From positions 3,171 through 67,170 of the forward strand of contig JANQET010000406.1 of assembly GCA_028278265.1 (NCBI GenBank): a stretch of 64,000 nucleotides of DNA, written 5' to 3'. The notes beneath the pieces are model-generated. The model made no database searches, had not been told where the DNA came from, and saw only the letters and a program-made list of their open reading frames with translations. Position numbers and translations under genes: made by a program. Source of the DNA: Myxococcota bacterium (GTDB lineage: Bacteria; Myxococcota_A; Polyangia; JAAYKL01). Shown here one piece after another: positions 9,482-17,429 of the stretch. Positions within the stretch are counted from its first letter, which is position 1. Every line of letters begins with the position of its first letter.

Positions 9482-10516
9482 TTGGGGACAGTGTTTTTTC
9501 AGTTCGAATGTCTTTCCAAACACTGCAACAACCAGGTTCGCTGCGACGACGGGGGAAATTGCTGCAACGAAGTGAATACAAGCCATTGTGATCTGTTCGT
9601 GTGCAATACAGATGTGTATCAACGTGTCGAGGATTGCGGCACAGCGGTTGAGCAGAATCAATTTTGCATTGCAGACTATCACTGCGAAGCCGGAGATTGT
9701 GTCCCAGACCTCGACAACGGCAGTTTCTGTGATGAGCCCAGCGATTGCGCATCCGACAATTGCAACAACGACACCTGTTGTCCCGCGGGCGGCACCTGTT
9801 GCACGGGACCAGAAGTCTGTGCTCAGGAACAGCCTATTTGCGGAGCGGAGTTTCAATGTGTGGATTGTAATGTGGAAGACCTGTGCGAGAATCAATACCG
9901 ATTGACTCCAATCTGCGATACTTCTTCGGGTAGATGTGTCGAATGCCTTACCAATGAGCATTGTTTATTGGAAATGGATACCGACAGCGAGACAGATATT
10001 GATACAGATACGGAGCTTCCTTTACCCTTCAAATCACCGTTGGGGGCTTGCACACCTGATCATGTATGCACTTGTTGGGTGGATCACGATACATGGCAGT
10101 GTACTACTTCTGCTGATTGCGATAGTGGATATCTCTGTGCGCAAGATTTTATCGGAGGATTTCACGCAACTTGTTTGAGGAGCTGCTCAACGGCGCAAAC
10201 ACCTTTTAACGGTGTCGCATGCGAAGAAAGAGATATAGCCGAGCCTGGCTCGCGACTCGTCTGGGTACCGGTAACCACATGCTACGCGTTCAATCGATTT
10301 GGTATCGATTCCTCGGCGGGTGAAGAGATTTGCAGCGTGGACGGTCCGGATGGTTTGGAAGACGGTTTTGGACACATGTTCGATGGACAAAATTGCTGCA
10401 CCTACTCCTGCAATAGCGAGCTAGACACAGACGATGACAATTGGTCCCGAGTGCAAGATCTGTGGAAGCGGTTCCAAGCTCTACGTGCCCTAGCCCCTGA
10501 TTACCTAACCTTATAA
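9482..10516 (+). CDS. cysteine-rich protein (about 40 Cys in 344 aa) with an internal acidic DT stretch; no recognisable signal peptide
   Basis: Only a TTG start, 8 nt after the upstream TAA, with a second in-frame TAA directly before it. Cys density is far above chance, so it is a real coding sequence. GC is about 48%. Confidence 0.5.
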   Translation: MGTVFFQFECLSKHCNNQVRCDDGGNCCNEVNTSHCDLFVCNTDVYQRVEDCGTAVEQNQFCIADYHCEAGDCVPDLDNGSFCDEPSDCASDNCNNDTCCPAGGTCCTGPEVCAQEQPICGAEFQCVDCNVEDLCENQYRLTPICDTSSGRCVECLTNEHCLLEMDTDSETDIDTDTELPLPFKSPLGACTPDHVCTCWVDHDTWQCTTSADCDSGYLCAQDFIGGFHATCLRSCSTAQTPFNGVACEERDIAEPGSRLVWVPVTTCYAFNRFGIDSSAGEEICSVDGPDGLEDGFGHMFDGQNCCTYSCNSELDTDDDNWSRVQDLWKRFQALRALAPDYLTL

Positions 10517-10804
10517 ATTGTACTTCTGCTGATAAGCTTTCTTGATAGCGGCGATCATTCGTTCGTGGCCGAACGTATCGTCTTCGTAGGCGTCGATCAG
10601 TATTCCCGTATTGAGATCGATCACACCGGCCCACAGGGACACGGCTCCCGAACTGGATGCCGGCAGGTAGTCGGCGTAGTCATTGCGAGCGTAGTACCCC
10701 ACTTCAAAGTAGGGATTGAAGTAACCGTAACATTCGGTCGCCGGGCCGAGTTGACCACTGTCGTGGTACATCCCCAAAAAAGCGCTCTCATAATCGTTCA
10801 TCAC
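10511..10804 (-). CDS. hypothetical 97-aa protein (Tyr/Asp-rich, not repetitive)
   Basis: Clean ORF convergent with the Cys-rich gene. No shadow-ORF explanation and no homology recognised. Confidence 0.35.
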   Translation of the reverse strand: MMNDYESAFLGMYHDSGQLGPATECYGYFNPYFEVGYYARNDYADYLPASSSGAVSLWAGVIDLNTGILIDAYEDDTFGHERMIAAIKKAYQQKYNL

Positions 10805-10858
10805 GTCTAGCAGGTCTGATGAATTAACTAATTCATCCAGCCAGACAGCACAGTTCGC

Positions 10859-11497
10859 TCACGCCTCGTTGCCCACAATGTAGAGCACTGATTGAAAGTC
10901 ATCGCAGAATACATCTTCTAAATTAAAGATGGTCTCGTCTAGCTCACTGCCGTCAATTTGGCCGTCGTGGTTGCGATCATATATGCCGTCGAACTGCCAG
11001 TTGGGCGCGGACTGGCCAATTTCGAGGGTACCGTCCTCCCCCCAAATTGCCGTTGGCTCGCAATCCGTGTCCCCATCGCTGTCGCTGTCTGTATCAGCGT
11101 CTGAATCGCTATCGGCATCACTGTCCGTATCTGAGTCCGTATCTGAGTCCGAATCAGCGTCTGCGTCGGTATCCCCGTCTGCGTCCGCATCCGCGTCACC
11201 GTCGGCATCTGAATCTGAATCGCTATCGGCGTCGGTGTCGGCATCCCCATCTGCGTCCCCGTCCGCATCGCTATCGGCATCTGTATCCGCATCCCCATCT
11301 GCGTCTGTATCAGCGTCGCCGTCACCATCGCCGTCAGCATCTCCGTCCGTTGATGAGTCATCATCGTCCGCTGGGTCGTCCGGTGAACCTTCCCCTTCTC
11401 CGCTACAGGCATTGATCACCGCTAACCAGGGGACCGCCAGCGCTATCAACAGCACCGCGATTGTGTTTAGCCATCTTCGTACATTCAGCACATTCAC
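10859..11497 (-). CDS. secreted lipoprotein with an Asp-Ala/Asp-Gly/Asp-Ser repeat linker and a C-terminal EF-hand/dockerin-like Ca-binding loop
   Basis: Signal with lipobox ...LAVINAC. Repeat [21 protein letters not shown].... Loop [14 protein letters not shown] fits DxNxDGxIDxxE. Confidence 0.75.
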   Translation of the reverse strand: MNVLNVRRWLNTIAVLLIALAVPWLAVINACSGEGEGSPDDPADDDDSSTDGDADGDGDGDADTDADGDADTDADSDADGDADGDADTDADSDSDSDADGDADADADGDTDADADSDSDTDSDTDSDADSDSDADTDSDSDGDTDCEPTAIWGEDGTLEIGQSAPNWQFDGIYDRNHDGQIDGSELDETIFNLEDVFCDDFQSVLYIVGNEA

Positions 11498-11702
11498 CTC
11501 CGGACCGTTTTCAACCTCAAATAAACGAGTCTTTGTTTGGAAGACACATTATAACCGCATACTTAGTCAATGAAGTGTATTTTTTTGATTTTTAGGTGGA
11601 AAATTCTCAAATCAGTTCGATGAAGTTTCAATCAGCCTGTTCGATTTCGTTCTGGTGGATCGAACGCCTACGATGAGATTCTTTCGGAGGATCCGTTAGA
11701 AG

Positions 11703-11945
11703 CTAGGGTTGATTGAGGACGCAGCGGAGTACCCGACCGAGCTCGCCCAACCGATAGGGCTTGGCCAAGACCCCGCAAAAGCCCTGGGAGCGATATTCTG
11801 ACATGACCGGATCGTTGCTATAGCCACTGGAAACGATCGCCTTGATCTGCGGGTCGATCTCTTGAAGTTTTAAGACTGCTTGCTGTCCGCCCATTCCGCC
11901 GGGCACGGTTGAATATAGATAGAATAAAGGGCCTCTTGAGACCAA
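11703..11945 (-). pseudogene. C-terminal remnant of a receiver (REC) domain of a response regulator or hybrid kinase; the 5' part is missing
   Basis: ...PGGMGGQQAVLKLQEIDPQIKAIVSSGYSNDPVMSEYRSQGFCGVLAKPYRLGEL matches the last half of a CheY-like receiver. The ORF begins abruptly at the border of the AT-rich island. Confidence 0.5.
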
Positions 11946-12080
11946 CTGTCAAGCAGTTTGGGTCTTGATTGGATAGAATTTTCCATCTTCTATATTAAAG
12001 CCCCCCGTATTGATGGAAAATGTTTGAAAACTTTTTATGTTACCACCGTTTTTAATGTGCGTCTATATTTTTTTGACTTT

Positions 12081-12115
12081 TATTGACAACACAAGGGTTA
12101 GTTGATATCTTTTAT
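12081..12115 (+). promoter_or_regulatory. candidate sigma70-type promoter (TTGACA, 17-nt spacer, TATCTT) upstream of the AT-rich-island genes
   Basis: Hexamers read directly from the sequence and followed by AGGGAG. Not tested. Confidence 0.25.
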
Positions 12116-12211
12116 AAGAGGGAGTGAACGCGGTTTTAATGATTAATAAATTGACAATTTTAGAAAAGCGCGATGAAGTAGCCTTACACTTTAACAAGAA
12201 TTCTGCCGCCT

Positions 12212-12493
12212 ATGCTCGAATTTCTAAATACAGCTCAAGAATACTTGAAAGAGCTTGGTGCATTCCAAGGATCGCTGGTACTATTCTTTTTTGTTGCACA
12301 TTATGCGATATGGAGAATGTATAGAGGAAGGCTTAGAGATCGCCAAAAAGAGATCAACAGAATGGCAGAACACTGCAAAGACGTGAGAAAAGACAATTTA
12401 AGCTTAAGAAAACAGCTTTTTGAATATAACAAGTTGATGCTGAACGAGACTGTTAAACAAAAACGAACAAACAAGAAACAGAGGAGAAAATGA
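12212..12493 (+). CDS. small membrane/coiled-coil protein (93 aa), hypothetical
   Basis: One TM segment (GSLVLFFFVAHYAIW) then a charged coiled coil. The stop overlaps the next start (ATGA). An alternative small ORF at 12139..12324 with a better RBS cannot be excluded. Confidence 0.35.
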   Translation: MLEFLNTAQEYLKELGAFQGSLVLFFFVAHYAIWRMYRGRLRDRQKEINRMAEHCKDVRKDNLSLRKQLFEYNKLMLNETVKQKRTNKKQRRK

Positions 12494-13023
12494 CATATTT
12501 TTTATTGATTCCTGTTTCGGTGTTTCTTTTTTACCAGTTCTCTAGACTTCGGTCTTTAGCGAAGCACGACAAAATACTGTTCCCGATTTGTCAGATCCGT
12601 AGAGACATCATGTCTTTTTTTATGAAGAACGGCGTTGAAATTTCTGAGGTAAATTATCGCGAAGCGTTAGATTTATTAAAGGCGGTGGATATAACGATCC
12701 ACTATTACAATCCATTAAAGACGAATTTCTTCAACCTTCGCCGGTTTCAAGAACACGTTACTAAAACTCGCGAAGGTAAAAAAATAATAAACAAGCTGTC
12801 AAAGAATGAAGAGATTCGTGATCTTCAAGGGCGGTTTGGCAATGCGATTATCAAGGGATTTTTGGCTTATACGCCGTTCGTTCGCTCCGAATTTTGTTTA
12901 AAAACAATTTTGTTTTTAATCACCCGTATTGCGAATAAAAACATAGAAGAAATCGATCGTTCGGTTGAACAGGCTCGCCAACTCCGCAAGGAGTACTTAA
13001 TTTCCAACAAGGTTGCTTGTTGA
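12490..13023 (+). CDS. hypothetical protein with an N-terminal TM helix (177 aa), AT-rich island cargo
   Basis: Strong RBS GAGGAG upstream of the ATG. 37% GC. No recognisable domain. Confidence 0.55.
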   Translation: MTYFLLIPVSVFLFYQFSRLRSLAKHDKILFPICQIRRDIMSFFMKNGVEISEVNYREALDLLKAVDITIHYYNPLKTNFFNLRRFQEHVTKTREGKKIINKLSKNEEIRDLQGRFGNAIIKGFLAYTPFVRSEFCLKTILFLITRIANKNIEEIDRSVEQARQLRKEYLISNKVAC

Positions 13024-13220
13024 GTACTCATTGATCCAGCAGACCTTGCTTCAATTTTAACTGCCCTTCAATAAAATATGGCTAACATGTTGATATTATT
13101 GGTTTTTTCTTGATATCTGAATTGGAATATCGGCTGGATCGCCTTACAGATAAAGCACTATCAGTGTTTCTTCCATCGTTTGAGTTTAGTTTTTAGCAAC
13201 AATCCAACTATCCAACTTGG

Positions 13221-13991
13221 TTATTTTTTTCTACCTCGCTTCTTCCTTTTCTTCTTTTTCTGTTCAAGACTAACGCTCGGGAGTTGAACTTTGACTTTTT
13301 GAATTGAAAAGCCCTTCCTCGGCACGATTAGCTTCAAATCCGCCACCGCGGAGATCAACGGTAGTTCAAACGCCGTCATGCTCTTCTTTCTGATTCCGGG
13401 TTGAAGTTGTGTGAACATGTCTTTTTTACCGCTCATCGCGAGCGCCGTGGTGGCCGCAGAGGACGGGCTGTATTCGATGAACCGAGCATCTATGATTTTA
13501 AAATCGTCCGTGATCACCGTGTCTGTTGCTCCCTGAAGATTCTCAATTTCAAAATGGATCACGTAAAACACACCGTTTTCACCCGCTCGTTCTCCATAAA
13601 ATCGATTTCCGATGTAACGTGTAACGGTCACGTCGAGAATTCGATACGCGAAACCGCCAAGTTTGAAACGCTCGCCGATAGAGTAGATCTTTTCCGCTCT
13701 TTTCTTGGCGACTTTCTTCTCCTTTTTCTCTTTCTTCGGTTTTGGTTTGCTCGGCACGATCGGCGGTCTGGAGAGTGATGAACCTTCTGAGTTTATGCCT
13801 GTTTCTCGTTGTTTCGTACCAGATCCACCTGCCCCGGCACTCGTGATGATCAGACTCAGCACTAGCCACCCAAACGCGAGGCCTTTAACCACCTTTGAAT
13901 AACCTTTTCGCAGAGTGAACCAAGCGAACACCAGGGGAATGAAGACAATACCGACGCCGAGACCGAGGCTGACCTTTCGTTTCTCCGTCAT
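13221..13991 (-). CDS. membrane-anchored protein with a Lys-rich linker and a DUF4352-like Ig-fold domain; Lys-rich C-terminal tail
   Basis: ATG MTEKRK preceded by AGGAGG. TM segment LGVGIVFIPLVFAWF. Linker PKPKKEKKEKK. Domain pattern ...FKLGGFAYRILDVTV...VFYVIHFEIENL...FKIIDARF.... Confidence 0.55.
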   Translation of the reverse strand: MTEKRKVSLGLGVGIVFIPLVFAWFTLRKGYSKVVKGLAFGWLVLSLIITSAGAGGSGTKQRETGINSEGSSLSRPPIVPSKPKPKKEKKEKKVAKKRAEKIYSIGERFKLGGFAYRILDVTVTRYIGNRFYGERAGENGVFYVIHFEIENLQGATDTVITDDFKIIDARFIEYSPSSAATTALAMSGKKDMFTQLQPGIRKKSMTAFELPLISAVADLKLIVPRKGFSIQKVKVQLPSVSLEQKKKKRKKRGRKK

Positions 13992-14224
13992 GACTTTCCT
14001 CCTGCCCAACAAAAAAGGCGAGTGAGCCGCCGAGAGCTAAACCCACCCGCCTTTCCGTGAACAGAGGTAGTCACTCCCCTGCTGTAACGGCGCGGTTGTG
14101 CTCTCGGCTAGTTTTTAAAGGGCCAGGTGTTTTCGGCTTTAGAACGGCTGGGTGACTAGTCCGGCCTGGCGCGGAAACGATTGACCTTTTACGGTTATCG
14201 GTGTCTCGCTGTTTGTTGTCAAGG

Positions 14225-14330
14225 TCTTTTGTTTAATCCATTGTTATTTGACACTGTTTAATAGAAATTATTGTTTAATTTTAGCATATTATACGATATA
14301 ACATTGTTTATATTGACAGTATACAACAGA
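14225..14330. promoter_or_regulatory. four direct copies of an ATTGTTTAAT-like motif in a divergent intergenic region (candidate operator or iterons)
   Basis: ttgtttaatcc / tgtttaatag / ttgtttaatttt / ttgtttatattg lie between the divergently oriented genes 13221..13991 and 14360..14839. Confidence 0.3.
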
Positions 14331-14359
14331 AATGTTAGATATCCGCATGAGGAACCGCA

Positions 14360-14839
14360 ATGGACAATAGCGAAAAATATGACTACGAGCAGTCCGGGAA
14401 ACAACTGGTTGAACGACTTCGGGAAATCAAAAAAGAAATCAAAAGGTTAAAGCGCGAACAAAAATGGATCAACAATCTGCTCGTTAATAAAGATTCGGAG
14501 ATGCAAAAAGCGGGTCCTAGGTCGGTAAATGATGGTGTCACTAGGAAAACTTCTAGCAAAATTGCAGAGATCGCTAAGCAGGTCCTTCTTAAGCATCCGA
14601 ATGATTGGTTCGGTTCAGCGCATCTGGCCGATAAAGCGGTTGAGATGGGACTATGGGATGATCACCCAGCAACCTACCAGTCAGTAATGTCACAGACACT
14701 CAAGCGATTGATCGGACGAACTGATTGGTTATTCACCAAATCGGGTTCGGGTCGTAGCATGCTTTACAAGTTAGATTTCGATTCCGAAGCTGTAAAAGAG
14801 AAACACCGAGAAATTATGCGAAAGGAGGAAAATGAGTAG
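14360..14839 (+). CDS. hypothetical protein with an N-terminal coiled coil and a possible winged-helix (HARE-HTH-like) region
   Basis: Clean 159-aa ORF in AT-rich DNA. The segment KIAEIAKQVLLKHPNDWFGSAHLADKAVEMGLW has HTH-like character. Weak. Confidence 0.5.
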   Translation: MDNSEKYDYEQSGKQLVERLREIKKEIKRLKREQKWINNLLVNKDSEMQKAGPRSVNDGVTRKTSSKIAEIAKQVLLKHPNDWFGSAHLADKAVEMGLWDDHPATYQSVMSQTLKRLIGRTDWLFTKSGSGRSMLYKLDFDSEAVKEKHREIMRKEENE

Positions 14840-15189
14840 GTCGAAAGCAAAAGCACAAATGCCCTGAGTGTTGCATCACCCAAGGCACTTGAAAATCGGC
14901 GGGTACATTTTGGGCACCCATACAGATGCTCAAAATGTACCGCAGATGTCGCCGTAAATCAACATAATTCCCTCGAAAAAGCACCTGTACGAGAGAAGAA
15001 AGGGTAGGACTATGCTGAAGCGGTTCAAGAGGGCACGGGTGCGTCTGAGGCTTCGTGTCCGAAAAAACGGCGTCATCGTAGAAATCGAATGGATAACGGT
15101 AGCTTACGGCGATTCCCTCCCCAGGTACCCGTGAGCTTTCCCCCGGTGGAGAGGGCCACTGGGGTTTCTCTTCCTACATACAACTTTTA

Positions 15190-16075
15190 CAATATATCGG
15201 AGATATGCGAATGCCAAAGCGATTACCATTTGAGAAAAAAGTATCAGTGATCCACGCCCTCGTGGAGGGATGTTCAGTCAGATCCACAGAACGCCTCATG
15301 GGCGTGAACTTCGAGACGGTCCTTCGTCTTCTGGTAAGGGTTGGTGAAGCCTGTGAACGGTTTCTCTATCGAACCATGTTTGACCTCAACATCGATGACC
15401 TCCAAGTGGATGAGGTCTGGACGTTTTGTGGAAAAAAACAAGGCCACCTCACGAAGGAAGAAAAAAAGTTTAGATCAGACCTCGGCTCTCAAATATGTTT
15501 TTACAGCCATCGATAGGAGAACAAAGCTCGTGCCGCTGTACAGGATTGGCAAACGAAACGCGGAGATCGCGACGGAGTTTATGAAAGAGTTGAGGATGCG
15601 CGTCAAGACCCCGGTTCCCCAGTTGACCACGGACGGCTGGCACATCTTCCGAGACGCCGTGGAAAAGGCATTCGGGTGCGATGTGCACTATCAGGTTCAG
15701 ATCAAGGACTACTATGGTCCGGCAGCGGGCCACCAACACCGTTACTCGCCTCCAAAAGTGAAGATCGTTCATAAAGAAACAGTCAGTGGATCCCCCGTCA
15801 ACGCCTCCACGGCCCACGTGGAACAACAGAATTTAACCTTGAGAATGCGTCAACGGCGATTCACTCGACTCACCAACGGTTACTCGAAGAAGTTGCGAAA
15901 CCTGAAAGCGGCCGTAGCTCTACATTACGGGGACTATAACTTCTGTCGTGTACATGAGAGCCTCGGGGTAACACCCGCGATGGAGGCAGGGATCGCGGAT
16001 CGTTTGTGGACGTTGAATGAGTTTTGCGAAGAACTCGGCCTTTAATTCATAAGTTGTAAAATTCTATAAGACCGA
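15190..16075 (+). mobile_element. IS1-family insertion sequence (InsA-like HTH ORF plus InsB-like DDE ORF in different frames joined at an A8 run); imperfect terminal inverted repeats containing TTGTAAAA
   Basis: ORF1 15205..15516 and ORF2 15341..16045. ORF2 ends ...TAHVEQQNLTLRMRQRRFTRLTNGYSKKLRNL, like the IS1 InsB C-terminus, and has the DDE-region motifs DEVW...TDGWHIF. A8 tract at about 15434-15441. Confidence 0.6.
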
Positions 16076-16385
16076 CACCGCAGTTTGTTCGGCTTCACTG
16101 GATCATTTTCAGGCTGATTCGCGCTTAACCCAGGGTCTTGGAGTACTTGATGCCGACATCGGTGAGTCAGAATCCGGTCAAGTAGCGAGCGTTGTCCTGG
16201 AAGAGTCATTTGACGCCTGATCCTCTGCCGGTCAGCTTGTGTAAACGACGGCATTTGTATTGATATTTCGTTAACTTACACGATGCAGACGAGACCGCTG
16301 AAAAGATCGACCGCTGCTCATCGAGAGCGCACCCCAGCCCGAGGCCTCGTTTGGTTGGGCCGATTTGGGGCATTTTTTTGGGGGC

Positions 16386-16852
16386 CTAATAATCCATTTC
16401 TGTCTGGGGCGGCGCCCGCGCCGGGGCAAGCGTCGGGATCTGTGCAGATTGGCCGGTCCCTTCCAGATAGTGACGAACCGAGGAGGGATCGGTGACCGCG
16501 GCTACGAACTTCATCTTGCCGCCGCAATGTGGGCATTTCATGTCGATCTGGAAAATTCGGGCGAGCAGGGCACTCCATGAAAGTCTGTACGTGCGGGACG
16601 CGGTTCCCTCGTTGTCATCAGCGGCGGCGTCGTCATTCGAAGTCCGACCGGCGGGGACAATCTTATCGCGGTCCCGGGCATGTGGCGCTAAAACCCCATG
16701 ATATCTCACGATATTTTGTCGAGGCGGGGGCACTAAGGCCGAGCACGGATTACTCATCCGCGAGCCGGTCATAGTCGCCGTCATCGAGGATTGAGCGACG
16801 CTGAAGCAGGCGGATCACTCGATGGGCGGTCGTCTCCACGATTTGCCGCTAT
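16386..16852 (-). mobile_element. IS91-family transposase C-terminal fragment (zinc-finger CPHCGGKM... and RYHGVLAP tail), same strand as the 1841..2413 fragment
   Basis: C-terminal motifs of IS91/IS801 TnpA. 16756-16852 is near-identical to 1961-2058. No N-terminal part. Confidence 0.6.
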
Positions 16853-16881
16853 ATCGCCTTACGAGGTGAGGTGTGTCGTTG

Positions 16882-17364
16882 ATGCGGTTTAAAATCCTGT
16901 CTGCTTGGTTCGATGACCTGGACCCTACGGACCCGATGCGGCCCGCGGTCATTGTCCATGTCTTCGGTAGCGATTCCCATCGTTACTATGAAGCAATCGT
17001 CCGCCAGTATGCACTCGGGCTCGGTCCGCTGCCAAAGGGCAGCACCGAGGTACTGCGGCGCTCCCTTCATGACACCTGGTTTGTAGACACTGCGGCTTGC
17101 GCAGAAGAGGCATTGGCTTTCGTAAAGCGCAACTGCTATCACGCCATTATCGTCGATGATGAGCTCCACGACAAAAGCGGCATCTGGCTGCTGAGCAAGC
17201 TAAAAAACCTCTCTCCATTAACCCGGCGCTGTATGCACGCCACAACCGCACCCCGGGAGCTGGATCTGCATTTGGCAGACGGGGTCATTCAACATTTCTG
17301 GATGAAACCGGTCTCCCCTCGGGAAATCTCAACCACCCTTATCCCTTCTCGGGGGAGCAAGTAG
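16882..17364 (+). CDS. stand-alone receiver-domain (CheY-like) protein, atypical (GSD in place of the acidic pair)
   Basis: RBS GAGGTGAGG then ATG. Motifs HAIIVDDELHDKSGIWLL, ...ATTAP..., HFWMKPVSPREI map to the REC D/T/K positions. Confidence 0.5.
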   Translation: MRFKILSAWFDDLDPTDPMRPAVIVHVFGSDSHRYYEAIVRQYALGLGPLPKGSTEVLRRSLHDTWFVDTAACAEEALAFVKRNCYHAIIVDDELHDKSGIWLLSKLKNLSPLTRRCMHATTAPRELDLHLADGVIQHFWMKPVSPREISTTLIPSRGSK

Positions 17365-17394
17365 AACAAAAAAGTAGACGCCCCACTTTCACCA

Positions 17395-17422
17395 TTGGAC
17401 GGCCATTCTAATTTTGCTATAA
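17395..17422 (+). promoter_or_regulatory. near-consensus sigma70-like promoter (TTGGAC, 17-nt spacer, TATAAT) ending 7 nt before the ATG at 17430, implying a leaderless or very short-leader mRNA
   Basis: Hexamers read from the sequence. No Shine-Dalgarno sequence between the -10 element and the ATG. Confidence 0.35.
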
Positions 17423-17429
17423 TTTTGTA

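Noticed and set aside
12139-12324. 61-aa ORF (MINKLTILEKRDEVALHF...) with a good RBS overlapping the 93-aa ORF
   Set aside because: Cannot be distinguished from the overlapping 12212..12493 frame without expression data. Recorded as an alternative, not called separately.
14040-14200. GC-rich patch inside the AT-rich island, a possible ncRNA or att site
   Set aside because: No convincing conserved secondary structure or tRNA-3'-end similarity could be identified by eye. Left uncalled.
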